Shown in pieces: positions 38,241-50,349 of a stretch of 64,000 bases of DNA. Origin of the DNA: Octopus bimaculoides (lineage: Eukaryota); assembly GCF_001194135.2 (NCBI RefSeq), contig NC_068990.1, positions 71,555,289-71,619,288 on the forward strand, read 5' to 3'. Position numbers and translations under genes: made by a program. The stretch's first letter is position 1; the number at the start of each line of letters is the position of its first letter. Under the pieces are notes generated by a model that was not told the origin of the DNA, did not search any database, and saw only the letters and a list, made by a program, of their open reading frames with translations.

Positions 38241-39989
38241 ATTTTAAATTTAAAAAAAAGTTTGAAGATTTCTAATGGTCAGTTAGTTTTCTTCTTAATT
38301 ACTTTTATTCAATTTAGCTTCCTGTCATCCATCATTCATAAATACAGCCCTGAGATACTTAAACTACTCCACTTGTCTCAGTGATGTCCCACTAACATAC
38401 AGAATGCATTGGGAGGACATTCTTGAGAGAGCCAATGCCTCAGCCTTTGCAACACTTACTCTTATCTCTGCCTTGCATACTGGAGATCACCTTCTGATGA
38501 GCCAAGTAACACTATGTTGCCAGCAAATATCATCTGACTCTTCTTGCACCCACCAATTGTGATACCACTTCCACAATAGCTTCACAAGTCAATCGAGCTC
38601 ATAAAATTTATGGAAAGCAGAGATTACATTTGGATGCTAGAATTTCAAGCTCCAATATTTGATCCTTAGAAGAGGAGAAGTTGGCAAAAAAAGGTCAAAG
38701 CTTTAATTTGGTTTCTGTATCTTTGTCTATGGTTATGAATGTTATATAATGAGTGAAAAAAATACAAGCAGCCAAAATGAGGTTCCTCTGAAGAATCTCT
38801 AGAATAATATTATTCAACAGGGTGCATAGTTTGGGGATCAGGGGGTTTCTCAAGATCAAGCCACAACTTCTCCACATTGAGAGGTCACAGCTCTGGTACT
38901 ACGGTCATGAGATTAGAATGTCACAAGAAAGAATCACAAGATAGATTCTTCAGACAACTAGCAGATACATGAATTTCATTTAGCTGGTTGTGATTATTTC
39001 AAAATTCCAGTGTTTTTACAAATTTCGTGTACCCTGCAATTTTTCTTGCATAATCTTGAAGTGTGTGTACCCTAGTTTGAAAACCCTGATCTATATGGAT
39101 CATTTAGGAGACAAAAATGTTAAAAAAACTGTTTATAATTAAATAAGAGTTAAAGGACTTTAGATGGCTGCGTGGTTAAGAAGTTTGATCCCACAACATA
39201 GTACCCTGAGTATCTTCTAATATAACTGTGGGTTGACCAAAACCTTACTCTGCAACATAGTGCTGTGAGTAATCTCTTTTGCACTACAGGGTACAAGGTA
39301 ATATTACCAGTGCTGGCGCCATGATAGGACACACCTAACACACTCTGTAAAGTCGTTGATGTTAGGAAGAACCAGTGTCCAGTAGCAAAAACCGTACCAA
39401 AAGAAAATTTGCAAGTGTGGGGGGGGGGACTGGTCAATGACCACATTACTAGTAGTAACTTTGACTTAGACTGTGATGATCTGTCCAATCCATTTCCAGC
39501 ATAGAAAGTGGATGTAAAATGATGATGATGATGATGAGGAGGAGGAGGAGGAGACACAAACACACATGCAAATATATTTTTATATGGAATATGTATCTTT
39601 TGCCAATGTATAACAGGAAAAAAATACAAACTTAGGAGAGGAATAAAAAATTTAAAAAAACCCATGGTGTTTCAAAGTTCTTGATGGCATTTGTTTTGCA
39701 ACAAGTTACAGACATTCCCTTATCACTTGCCATTGGAAAGACACTGAACCAGTGGTTTGGCCAGTTGAAAATTTGTAACCAATGATACTATTGTTTACGA
39801 ACTGTGATACAATATAAATAAATAAATAAAAAGAGGTGCAGGGTAGAGAAGCTAACATATATCTGGAATATTCTTTATGATATCTGATGATATATTGCTT
39901 GGCATCTAATACAGCAGCTAAAAGGAGATATAATGATGGATTAAACAAGGGAACTTCATATTAACAAAAAAATATATATATTCACTTAC

Positions 39990-40158
39990 TTCAGTGATAG
40001 TGAAAGACATTTGGCAATGTGTTTACGTAATTTACCAACAGACTGGACAACATGAAGTCTTTCAGAGAAGATTTCTAAACCATTGTAGATGAAAATGATG
40101 TTGGCCCATCTTTGATATCGGGCACCAAGATCAATGTCTACCAGTGGCTTCAATTTCC
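39990..40158 (-). CDS. TBCEL: TBCEL exon: GKLKPLVDIDLGARYQRWANIIFIYNGLEIFSERLHVVQSVGKLRKHIAKCLSLSL(K), start of the ubiquitin-like domain
   Basis: Acceptor ttgtttcag, donor gtaagt, 169 nt, phase 1/2; GKLxPL.d.DL matches the TBCEL Ubl entry. Confidence 0.9.
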
Positions 40159-40719
40159 CTGAAACAAAACAACAATTATAATTCATTTTTACATCAGTCT
40201 ATTCATCCTGGTGGGAAAAGTTTCATCAAATATATGTTGTTGTTTGGCTCCCAATTTTAGCTCCTGATTGAGTAAATCTATGATCAAAAATATGCCAAAC
40301 ATGACCATCACAATCTTTTTAAGTAGTAGCATATCTTGGATCATATTATACAATGAGTTCTTTTACTGATATGGTAGCATGTAATTTGAGGGAAATTTTG
40401 CTGCTATCTCAACCATTTCAAGCAACCACTTAGAGTAGGCATGGGCAACCTTTTCTGAGCAGCAGTCTGCATGAGACATGACTGATCACCAGGTGAGCCA
40501 CACTCTACTTCCAAAATTCAAGATAGTTTTGCGTTAGGTGTGCCATTCAGAAAATCCTGTGAGCAGCGGGTTGCCCATGGCTGGCTTGGAGGCTTGCTCA
40601 TTGAGTTGATGTGTCTATTTATAATCTTCTGTCTTCAACCCCTTCATGACTATATTTCTAATGAGTACACTATGGTTATGTATCAATAACTTTTCAACAT
40701 AATCGAGATGTTGTGGAAG

Positions 40720-41095
40720 TTTCAGCTGTGTGGTAAGAAATTTACTTCCCAACCACATGGTTCTAGGTTCAGTCCCACTGCATGGCACCTTGGGCCAGTG
40801 TCTTCTACTATAGTCTTGGGCTGACCAAAGCCTTGTGACTGGATTTAGTAGACAGAAACTGAAAGAAGCCCATCATATGTGTGTGTGTGTGTGTGCATGC
40901 ATCTTTGTGTCTGTTTGTCCCCCACCACCATTTAACAATCAGTACTGGTGTGCTTAGCGGTTCAACAAAAGAGACTGACTGAATAAGTACTGAGCTTAAA
41001 AAAAATATGTACTGGATTCGATTCATCCAATCAAAAGAAAAGTCATCAAGGTGGTTCTCCAATATGGCTGCAGTCAAATGACTGAAACAAGTAAA
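40720..41095 (+). mobile_element. Near full-length tRNA-derived SINE
   Basis: Head 'gctgtgtggtaagaaatttacttcccaaccacatggttctaggttcagtcccactg', internal (TG)n, 3' end 'gactgaaacaagtaaaaga'. Confidence 0.85.
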
Positions 41096-41340
41096 AGAGA
41101 ACAGATAATCAAAATGTTAGTAATATAGGCACATTTATGGCTGTGGGGCTAAGAAGCTCACTTTACAATCATGTGGCTTCAGGTTCAGTTCCACTGTGCA
41201 GCACCTTGGGCAAGTGTCTTCTACTGCCAATCAATGCCTTGTGAGGGTATTTGATTTTTTTTTTTTTTATCAACTACATGACTTTATGACAGAGTTGTCA
41301 GTTTGCTACAGAGAACAATATGCAAAACAAAAATATTTAC

Positions 41341-41477
41341 CATGCTTAGCTTCCAGTTCACAAAACCAAATAGGTTTATCAATCTTCTCACAATAATATC
41401 GCAAAAATTGTCGTTCGGCTTTTTCTTTTTCTGTTAAGGTCACTTCACTGCCATTGAGGCATGAAATATTTGGCAAA
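41341..41477 (-). CDS. TBCEL: TBCEL exon: LPNISCLNGSEVTLTEKEKAERQFLRYYCEKIDKPIWFCELEAKH
   Basis: LPxxxxLNGSxV...ERxFxRYY LRR-cap motif; 137 nt, phases 2/1 fit the neighbours. Confidence 0.95.
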
Positions 41478-41649
41478 CTTAAAAAGACGAAAAACAAAAA
41501 ATATATATATATGCGTATATATTTACAATATACTTATATAATAACAAACTTATAAAAATAAAACCCAGTTACTGAAGTAGCAAATTAATAAATAAAATAA
41601 GAATGCAGAAAATCATATTATATCAGTTAAACAATTTGACTTCATTGCC

Positions 41650-41917
41650 AGTGCTGCTGGACTGGCTCCTGTGCAGGTGACACATAAAAACACCATTTTG
41701 AGTGTGGCTGTTACCAGTACTGCCTGACTGGCCCTCGTGTCAGTGGCACGTAAAAGCACCCACTACACTCTCGGAGTGGTTGGCGTTAGGAAGGGCATCC
41801 AGCTGTAGAAACTCTGCCAGATCAGATTGGAGCCTGGTGCAGCCATCTGGCTCACCAGTCCCCAGTGAAACCGTCCAACCCATGGCAGCATGGAAAGTGG
41901 ATGTTAAACGATGATGA
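41650..41917 (+). mobile_element. SINE of (GAT)n-tail family, well-preserved copy
   Basis: 'aaagcacccactacactctcggagtggttggcgttaggaagggcatccagctgtag...gttaaacgatgatga'; nearly the same as 54320-54540. Confidence 0.85.
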
Positions 41918-43184
41918 ATTAAGGCAGAGAGCAGGCAAAATCATTAGTATATCGGACAAAAAGCTTAGCAGCATCTCTTCTGGCTTAGCCTTCTGAGTTC
42001 AAATTTTTCAAAGTCACCTTTGCCTTTCATCCTTTTGGGGTTGATAAAATAAATACCAGTCAAGCACTGAAGTTGATGTAACTGACTTAGCGCCCTCCTC
42101 CAAAATTTCAAGCCTTGTGTCACACCCTTCTTCTCTCTCTCAACAACAACTTCTCCCCTTCTACATATATGTTGTGATGGACAGACAGACAGGGGATCAG
42201 TTTGACTTTTATAATATAAGATTTCAATATTTCAATGGTAAAAGATTTTATCTTCATAGCCCCTTCACAGTTATATATGACTAATAGGTTGGGGACTGCT
42301 GCTCTATGAGGTTACTCAGCCTGCCACAAAAAGCAGCTAGATTTCCCTCAGACCACATCTTGCTGTCTTAAAAAAGTATAAAAAGTTCATCATATGATGA
42401 TAATGAACGACAACATTTTTTTGAGCTTGAAGTCATACATAATAAGCTTGTACGAAATGGATAAATTTCAAGGGTAGGCAGTTCCAGCAATTTGGCAGAG
42501 TCATTAGAGAATGGGGCAAAATGCTTTGTAGCATTTGTTCAGGATAAATACTCTCTGCGTTCAAATGCTAACAAGATCAATTTTGCCTTTCTTTCATTCT
42601 TTGAAGGTTGGTAAAAGGAAGTACAAGGTCAAGCTAGCAGATTGATATCATTACAGTCATATGAAATGCTTTATAAAATTTTGATTCTTTGTATTCTGAA
42701 TTCTTGGGTAGCAGACTTAATCTGTACCCAGTCGAACACCACCAGCTGGTCCTTGGAAGCTTCTTATGTTGCAAATGTTTGAATTAAATCTCTGGAGTAC
42801 ACTTAACATCCTACATTTTATATTTTACTTAGTGAAATATAACTTGATTTTTGTTTGCAGTAAATGTTGTGTTGTGGCCTTCGTGTATGCCTATGGCTTA
42901 CTGTATAACATATTCATGAATACTTTACATTTTATCAAATACTAGGCTGCTAACAATTGCTATGCTGCAGGTGAAAAATATTTGTTAAAGTCTATTTTTG
43001 AAGTCTAAGTTGTAATGTGTTGACAGACTTGCACTTAAAATTCCCACATTTTAAATCAAAACTTGTTATTATGGTGACAACACTACCTATCTATCTATCT
43101 ACCTCTCTCTCTCAATGTATTTCACTCTCAACAACAATATCTTTATCTCCTTCCCTTCTTCCCTCCTACATATGTCTTATGATA

Positions 43185-43408
43185 CAAGAATAAGGGCAGG
43201 GAATCGTCAATTAATAATAGAATTAATAATTAACAATTTTGCCAAGTAGTTCAGTATGAAAAAACCTTTATCGGTAAAACCATTTATCATCATAAATATA
43301 CAGGGATTAGCATTGAGTTGCTTCTCCAACATACTGAAAATTTTTTGACTGCTATTTCTAAATTTTCAGTATGTTGGAGAAGCAACTCAATGCTAATCCC
43401 TGTATATT
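43185..43408. mobile_element. Short fold-back member of the same family as 34125-34692, 14-bp TSD
   Basis: TSD TATGTCTTATGATA at 43171-43184 and 43409-43422; perfect 53-bp inverted arms 43291-43343 and 43360-43412. Confidence 0.75.
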
Positions 43409-43610
43409 TATGTCTTATGATAGATAGACAAACACAGATCAGCTTGCATTCTATAAGATTTCAATGGTAAAAGATTTTATCTTCATGCTTCTCTGAAGAC
43501 CGTCTACTGTTCAGCTCTCTCTAGAGTTTCTTACTATCATTCCTAATACCTCACTTCACAATTTAAGAACTAAAAAAAAAAAACATTAAAATATTTAACA
43601 ATCCTCTTAC

Positions 43611-43669
43611 CTGGCAATGTAAAGTTTTCTTCGTTCTTCAGATGAAATGTCCAATAAAAATGGAATATC
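43611..43669 (-). CDS. TBCEL: TBCEL exon: DIPFLLDISSEERRKLYIA(S)
   Basis: 59 nt, acceptor taatcag, donor gtaaga; matches TBCEL 'GIPLL....EERRKL.IA'. Confidence 0.93.
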
Positions 43670-44289
43670 CTGATTATTAGAAAAGAAAAGGCGTTAGAAG
43701 CAATGAAATAATGGAAAACCTATCTGATAGATAAAAGCTTGTTGTATGAAGCCTAAGATTTTCTCAGGTTGGGATTTTCATACAAGCCTAAGATTTTCCC
43801 AGGCTGGCACCATACACTCAGTGTCACTTTGAAAGGGGATAACCATAGTATAGGTGGTGGTTCCTTTCCCCCATGTTGGGTTGCAATTCAAATCTTTGAA
43901 TAAGCAGTGATATATAATTCCACTGCCTTTCAAGACAGATAAATGCCAGAGAAAGATTGAAACTCTTGCAGGTGTGGTGTAAATGTAAATCAATGTATTG
44001 TGAAATTTGCTGTCTGATCTTAGTTGCAAGTTCCTTTAAAATCCAACTAAAAGTCCCCAAGGATTTTAGGACCATAAAAAGTACATTACCGAAATTATTC
44101 TAAGCCATTGTAAATTCTTTAAAAAAAAGAATTTTGATATTTATAAAAGACTGAAGAACTTATAGAAAGAAATAAATTGCTTAAAAGTATAAGATACTAT
44201 ATGAGGAATGTAGAACAAAATAACAATGCCACCAATGACAACGGCAATGATTATCATAATGATTATAATATATATATTTATTTTATAAG

Positions 44290-44640
44290 CTGGCACCAAT
44301 GTAAAAAGCACCCAGTTCATTCAGTAAAGTGGCTGGCATTAGGAAGGGCATCCAGCCATAAAAACCATGCCGAAACAGACCTCGCTGGTGCTGGTGCCAT
44401 TCGAAAAGCACCCAGTCCACCTTGTAAAGTGGATGGTGTTAGGAGGAATATCCAGCCATGAAAACCATGCCAAAACAGATGTCACTGGTGCTGGTGGGGT
44501 ATAAAAAGCATCAAGTCTTCTCTGTAAAGTGGTTGGCATTAGGAAGGGCATCCAGCTGTAAAAACCATACCAAAACTAAAAGCAGTCCAACTCATACCAG
44601 CGTGGAAGACTGATGTTAAATGATATTGATGATGATGATA
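44290..44640 (+). mobile_element. (GAT)n-tail SINE with three tandem ~100-bp core modules
   Basis: 'aaaagca..cagt...gtaaagtgg.tgg..ttagga.g...atccagc..t.aaaaccat.cc.aaac' occurs at ~44305, ~44404 and ~44504. Confidence 0.75.
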
Positions 44641-44688
44641 AACGTATATTGTATGTCTCAATAAATGGAAAATATGGTCTGAACTTAC

Positions 44689-45388
44689 CATCAAGCGAAT
44701 AGATTTTAATGCAGGGAATTTTCTAAGTTGTGCTACTTGATCCCATCCGTTAACTGATGTTTTACTAAGACACAAAGTGTGTAATTTCTCAAAGGGTCTT
44801 CCTAATACTTTTTGGTCACATAAATAGTCCTCTTCATTTATGATAAAACTGGAAGAAATACTGCTACCACAACCAGAATCATTGAACCGTGGACTTTCAC
44901 AACTGGAAACTTCTAATGTTTCTTCAATCTCCTGTTTAGAAGAACTATTGCTTGAATCAGAATAAATCACATTTTTGTAGTTGATATCAATAGGCTCAGA
45001 TTCCATCTGATTTTCTTCACAGTCTTGTTTCATTTCAACATCCTGAAGACAGTCAGAATCTGACCAGGTTTTGCAGCTGATAACTGTGAATTCTTCATTC
45101 TGGGATCTAGAATGACACTTCTCAGTAATATCATTAAATACACCAAGATACTGCCCACAAGATACAGAATTGTCCATGAGAAGTTTTCTACGAACATTGG
45201 AAGATTTCAATTTGGTTTCACGCGGAGAACTTGCTTCGGAGAATACCTCCTGCTTCTCAGGAGTTTCAAAGGAATAACTAGTTTCTTCTAATTGTTCAAA
45301 ATGATAAAACAATTCATCCACAGGATTTCCTGATAAAACAAGAGATTTCAAATTTGGCAGATAGCGCAACTTCCATATCTCGAACCAA
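44689..45388 (-). CDS. TBCEL: TBCEL large exon (700 nt): LRR WFEIWKLRYLPNLKSLVLSGNPV, ~160-aa acidic/Ser-rich insert, then LRR FEKLHTLCLSKTSVNGWDQVAQLRKFPALKSIRLM
   Basis: Open frame of 233 codons, acceptor ctcctttccag, donor gtaagt; phases 2/0 consistent. Confidence 0.95.
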
Positions 45389-45999
45389 CTGGAAAGGAGA
45401 AGAAAAATTATATTAGGAGTACTGCATTCATAAAAGATTTTTCATATATAACAGTTTCACAAACTGAATTTATCTTAACAAGGTGAAAATATATAGAGAA
45501 TTAAAAATTTTTTTTTTAATATATATATATTTTAATAACTCCCCTGGAAGAATACAAATCCAGAAGATGCTCTCGTCTAAATTTGCTAGCTCGTGGTATG
45601 CCCACCTTCCCACCCCCTCCACCTGTACCGAAGTTCCTATTCTCTGTCATCCTTTGATTGTCTCCCATGAACACTTCTAAAAGCTTAATGTCATCCCCAA
45701 CTCCTACCTAGGGTTTATCGATCATATAGTGCATAAAAATGATGGTGTAGTGTATGCAGGTTGAAGGCTATTGTTTGTTCATGCATTCTGCCAAATGTGA
45801 GCTTTCCTTTTAGGTACATGACGCTGCTGTCCCCCATCCCAGGGTCTCACGGGCCCACATCTCTCACACCCTCAGAGTTGGTACACTGAAAGGTAGGTCT
45901 GGTAAGATGCTTGAATGAAGATGTGTCGATTTGTGCTGCCTCCAAGAAATAAGGTGGAGAGGAGGTTCCTCTAGGTTCTTCACAGACAAAGAACACAGG

Positions 46000-46175
46000 T
46001 ACAAGATTTTTCTAGGCAGGGAACACTGATGGGGTCAGGGGTATGGGTATACTTCTTGCGGAGAAATGGGTTGATAAGGTAATCGAGGTAGTCAGAGTAT
46101 GCGATAGAATACTTAAGATTAGATTAGTGGTACATCATGGGTTAGCAACCATTATCTCGGCCTATGCCCCTCAGC
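46000..46175 (+). mobile_element. RTE LINE APE-endonuclease relic
   Basis: 'GNTDGVRGMGILLAEKWVDKVIEVVRVCDRILKIRLVVHHGLATIISAYAPQ' contains the APE-type GVGIL...RI..L...ISAYAPQ signature. Confidence 0.8.
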
Positions 46176-47346
46176 TTTTTATCAGAGACATCTGCTTCAA
46201 TTTGACCAACCTGTTTATATATTCAACAAAAAGTTCCTACACAATTTCTATCTACCAAATTCACTCATTAGTTGACCTGGGTCTATAGCAGAAGACATTT
46301 GCCCAAGGTGTCACACAATGGAACTGAACCTAAAATCATGTGGTTGCAAAGCAAATTTCTTAACCACACAGTCATGCCTGCACCTATATAAGCAAAAATT
46401 AAATGAATCATGACACAAAAGACTATCTAAAAGTCACCGACTACTCAATAGACCATAAATACATTAGAATGTAAAAGTGTCTTTCAGAAACAGTCTGAGG
46501 TCCCTAGTAACCAACTTAGAGGCTAATATGTTGCCAATCCCTGGTGTAATGGCACACAATTTTGATAAAACTAAATACAACAGTGAAGTAATTTTGTTTG
46601 ATGGCACTGATTTTTGCACACCCAATATTCACACAGACACACACATAAAAGTCATAACTTGGTAAATTGGAACACAATGAGATAACATACTGATTTACTG
46701 AGTGGGGATGAGGAATTAGAATATGTGATGCTCCTGCCTTTTTAAGGTGGTTAGCATCAGAAATTCAATTGTCAATCATAACTGGGCCTCAGATTCAGCA
46801 TGGCAGGAAGAGGCTTTTTAATTTATTACTTTAGAAGAGTGATGAGTAAAATAAATAAATAAATAAATATAATATATAGAAGTAGGATGTAAATAAACAA
46901 GCAATAGTCTGTGTCGGCAATTCATTTTATCGTTAATTTTGTGTTTTTGCAAAAATGCTGGAGGTCTCCAGTGCCACAGGCTCAACCACAAATCAGTCAA
47001 AATAAAGTGGCTGATATTTTGGCATTTTGCCCCTCTCGGATTGACAAGCAGCAAAGGCTGGACTGGCAGCCAAACACATCAGGTCACAAGGTTTTCTGTG
47101 AGGATAAGGACGAGAAAATATTTACTATATCAGCCAGAACCTTTCACTAGAAAGTGATGTTTGCTAATGGTTTGGAATACATATACTGGAGATAGAATGA
47201 GAGGGAGAGAGAAAATAGTGAAGAATAAAAATTGAGCAGGTAACAAAATGACACTTGTTGAAAAGCAATCACAGTAGAAAGATATTCATTAAGAGTGCCA
47301 GCATATTTGAAAAATGAAGAAAGGAGAGTCAGTAAGTGTTTTATAC

Positions 47347-47428
47347 CTGTTTATATAGTTATCATTCATCCATATAGATTGCACCCGCTGTATTTTGTCC
47401 AGATGCGTACAATCCAATACCGTGTAAC
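47347..47428 (-). CDS. TBCEL: TBCEL exon: (G)YTVLDCTHLDKIQRVQSIWMNDNYIN(S)
   Basis: 82 nt, acceptor tttgtctttcattcgactag, donor gtataa. Phases 1/2 bridge the 51064 and 45388 exons exactly and complete an LRR. Not in the ORF track in this frame. Confidence 0.9.
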
Positions 47429-49308
47429 CTAGTCGAATGAAAGACAAAAAGCATTAGAGTTAATGTGAAGCATCGTGTAACAGTAATAGTGATTAAGAAA
47501 ACTGCTTCAAGGCAAGTTTGAAAATAAAGTATAATAAGAATGATGATAAGAATAATGATTTCAAATTTTTGCCAAAAGGGCAAGTTGGGGGAGGGTATTA
47601 AGTCGATTACATTGACTCCAGTGTGTAACTGGTACTTTTTGGGGCATGGAGCTAGTCAAGTACATCGAACCACAGTACATGACTGATATTTATTTCATTG
47701 ACCTCGAAAGGATGAAATACAAAATTGACCTTAGCAGACTTTGAACTCAATAATAATAATAATAATAATCCTTTCTCCCCAAAAGGACAAGGTCTGAAAT
47801 CTTTAGGGGAGGAAGGCTAGTTGATAACATCAACCTCAGTGTTCAAACTAACACTTTATCAAACCCTTCAAAAGATGAAATTCATCACTTTGATGATGAT
47901 AATAGTTGTCATTGTTTAATATCCACTTTCCCATAGTTGCAATGGATGGACAGAGTTTATCAAGGCAGATTACCTATGGCCAGATGCTCTTGCTGTCATC
48001 AACCCTTACCTGTCTCCAAGCAAGATAATGTTTCACTTTGCCAAACAAGTTTGCCGCCTTGACATCTTTACATATTAGTAATCATTATTATTGGCAATGT
48101 TACGTAACACCATATAACATGGTTAAAATTCTTTCTATTAATGTCTGATAACCTGTTCTAACTCCAGATTTTACTTCACCCTTTTGTGTCTGTATTTCTA
48201 GTGAAAAACTACTCTGTGTTTTATTTAATTTTGAAAATAATCAAGAATATAAAAATATTTAGTGACATAACTAATCTTTTTCATTATTAAGCTGGTGTTT
48301 AGAACTTAATACAATGGATTTACATAAAATTATGACAAATCATTTTAATTTATGCATAGTCTCACATAGATTGGTGCCAAAAGAGTTAAACTACAGTCAG
48401 GCTTCTCAGAATTTAATCCTTTGACTGTCCAAAGCATTTTTATAAGTTTGTCCTTTAGGACATCCATGCTTGTTTTCAGCCTTTTAGTTAGCCCTTGTTT
48501 CATACTTTCCATATATAAAGCATTCCTTTTATAAGTCCTTGCAGTTGAATAAATTAAAAATATGTATCACACATGATGCATGGATGCCAGGGAAATATGT
48601 CCCGTGTATCACATGTGAGACACAGGACAGACAGAAGGTTAAAGAAGACAAAATCAAAAGCAAATTTTACTCTACTGGGAGTCCACTCTGCTAGGTGGTT
48701 GGTGTTATGAAAGGCATCCAACTATTAAAATCCTGCCAAGACAGTCACAGAAGTCTGGTGCAGGCTTCTGCCTGGCTGGCTCTAACTGTCCCACCCATGT
48801 CAGCAGGGAAGGTGGATGTTAAACGATGATGATGAATATAATTAAGAATCTGTGGAACATAAATATCAAACACCTCAGCCATTCAAGCCCTACAAATATA
48901 ATAAAATGACTTAATTCCAATAAAATGATATCATTTAAACTATATTTGAATTTTAAGGTTCTTTTATATCATTCACATATTCTGTATTCTAATTTTGTAG
49001 GCACAATCTCATCAATGTGTAAGTCTGATAATTGAGGAATGTGGTAGATTTCTCATTTGAATCTTGTCATCCCAAATAATCCTTTCCTATATAGTCACAA
49101 GACCTGAAATTGTTATGGGAGCCGGTAATTGATTACTATGACCTCCCACCCCTAATAACTGGCTGGTACTTATTTATCAACCCCTAAAGGATGATAATCA
49201 AAGTTAACCTCAATGGGAATTGAACTCAGAATGTAAAACCAGGTGAAATGTTGTTCAGCATTTTGTCTAATGTGTTAACGATTCTGCCATCTAGCAGATC
49301 AAGGAAAA

Positions 49309-49360
49309 CTCCTGCTTGGGGAATTGAACCCCAGTCTCCCATGTGACAGGTGGGTGTTAT
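49309..49360 (-). pseudogene. tRNA-Asp(GTC) pseudogene fragment (3' two-thirds, CpG-decayed)
   Basis: Minus strand 'acacccacctgtcacatgggagactggggttcaattccccaagcaggag' vs tRNA-Asp 'atccccgcctgtcacgcgggagaccggggttcgattccccgacggggag'; the 5' acceptor/D arm is missing. Confidence 0.7.
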
Positions 49361-50239
49361 TAAATAAAACATTCTAAGAACAAACCTATCCTGAAGGCAC
49401 TGTGCTGTGACTTCAAACAGAATCAATTATTTGACTAGCTCTAGTCAACTTAGATGTAGTTGATACTTCTAGTTTACAAGAGTGAGAAGGTTTAAACAAG
49501 TGCTCCCAGCTGTAAAACAACAGCTCAAATACTTCATTCAGTTCCTCATAATACATCAACAAGAAACTGAAGTTATTACACATCAACATAACAGTCAGAA
49601 AAAAAATCTTTCAAACTGATGAAAAATCATTAGATAATAAGCTAGATAAAATATGGTTTCATTGCTAGACTGTACTGATTATAACATACACAAACCCACG
49701 AGAACATTAATATGAGCCCAACAAGGGAGCTTTTATGATTTCCATGACTTGCAAGAAATAGCAGCCATATATTTTCTAAATTACACTCTTTCATCTTTAA
49801 AAGAAACAGAAAAACAAACGAGAGAGAGACACATGGGATAATGCTGTCCTAGATACATTATATCTGAAAACAAAAAGATTATGTAGTTAATGACTGGTTA
49901 TGGCCTTTGATCATACGTCCCCTCAATCAGAGTTGACCTTGAACTGAACAACAACAACTGGTACACTGCAATACTGTACATATACCAACAGTCATTATTT
50001 ACTAATACTGCTGTCATTATGCTACAATTCACAAGCATACATTGATAATGAGATATGAAAGATCAGTCCTTTTGTTGGCAGGATGTCAACTAACTGATTG
50101 CGTCAACTCTGATTTTCAAATATTACTAACCTTGAACAATATACTCATAACTATAATTATTTAAAACTTATTATGTAAACAAGATAAATATAACTATTAA
50201 TTTTGTTAAAGCAAAATAATAATAATAATAATAATAATA

Positions 50240-50280
<41 letters not shown>

Positions 50281-50317
50281 AATAATAATAATAACAATAA
50301 TGATAATGATGATGATG

Positions 50318-50349
<32 letters not shown>

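Noticed and set aside
44290-44640. Repeat-spacer appearance suggestive of a CRISPR array
   Set aside because: Eukaryotic context; the units are ~100-bp SINE modules without unique spacers, and there are no cas genes.
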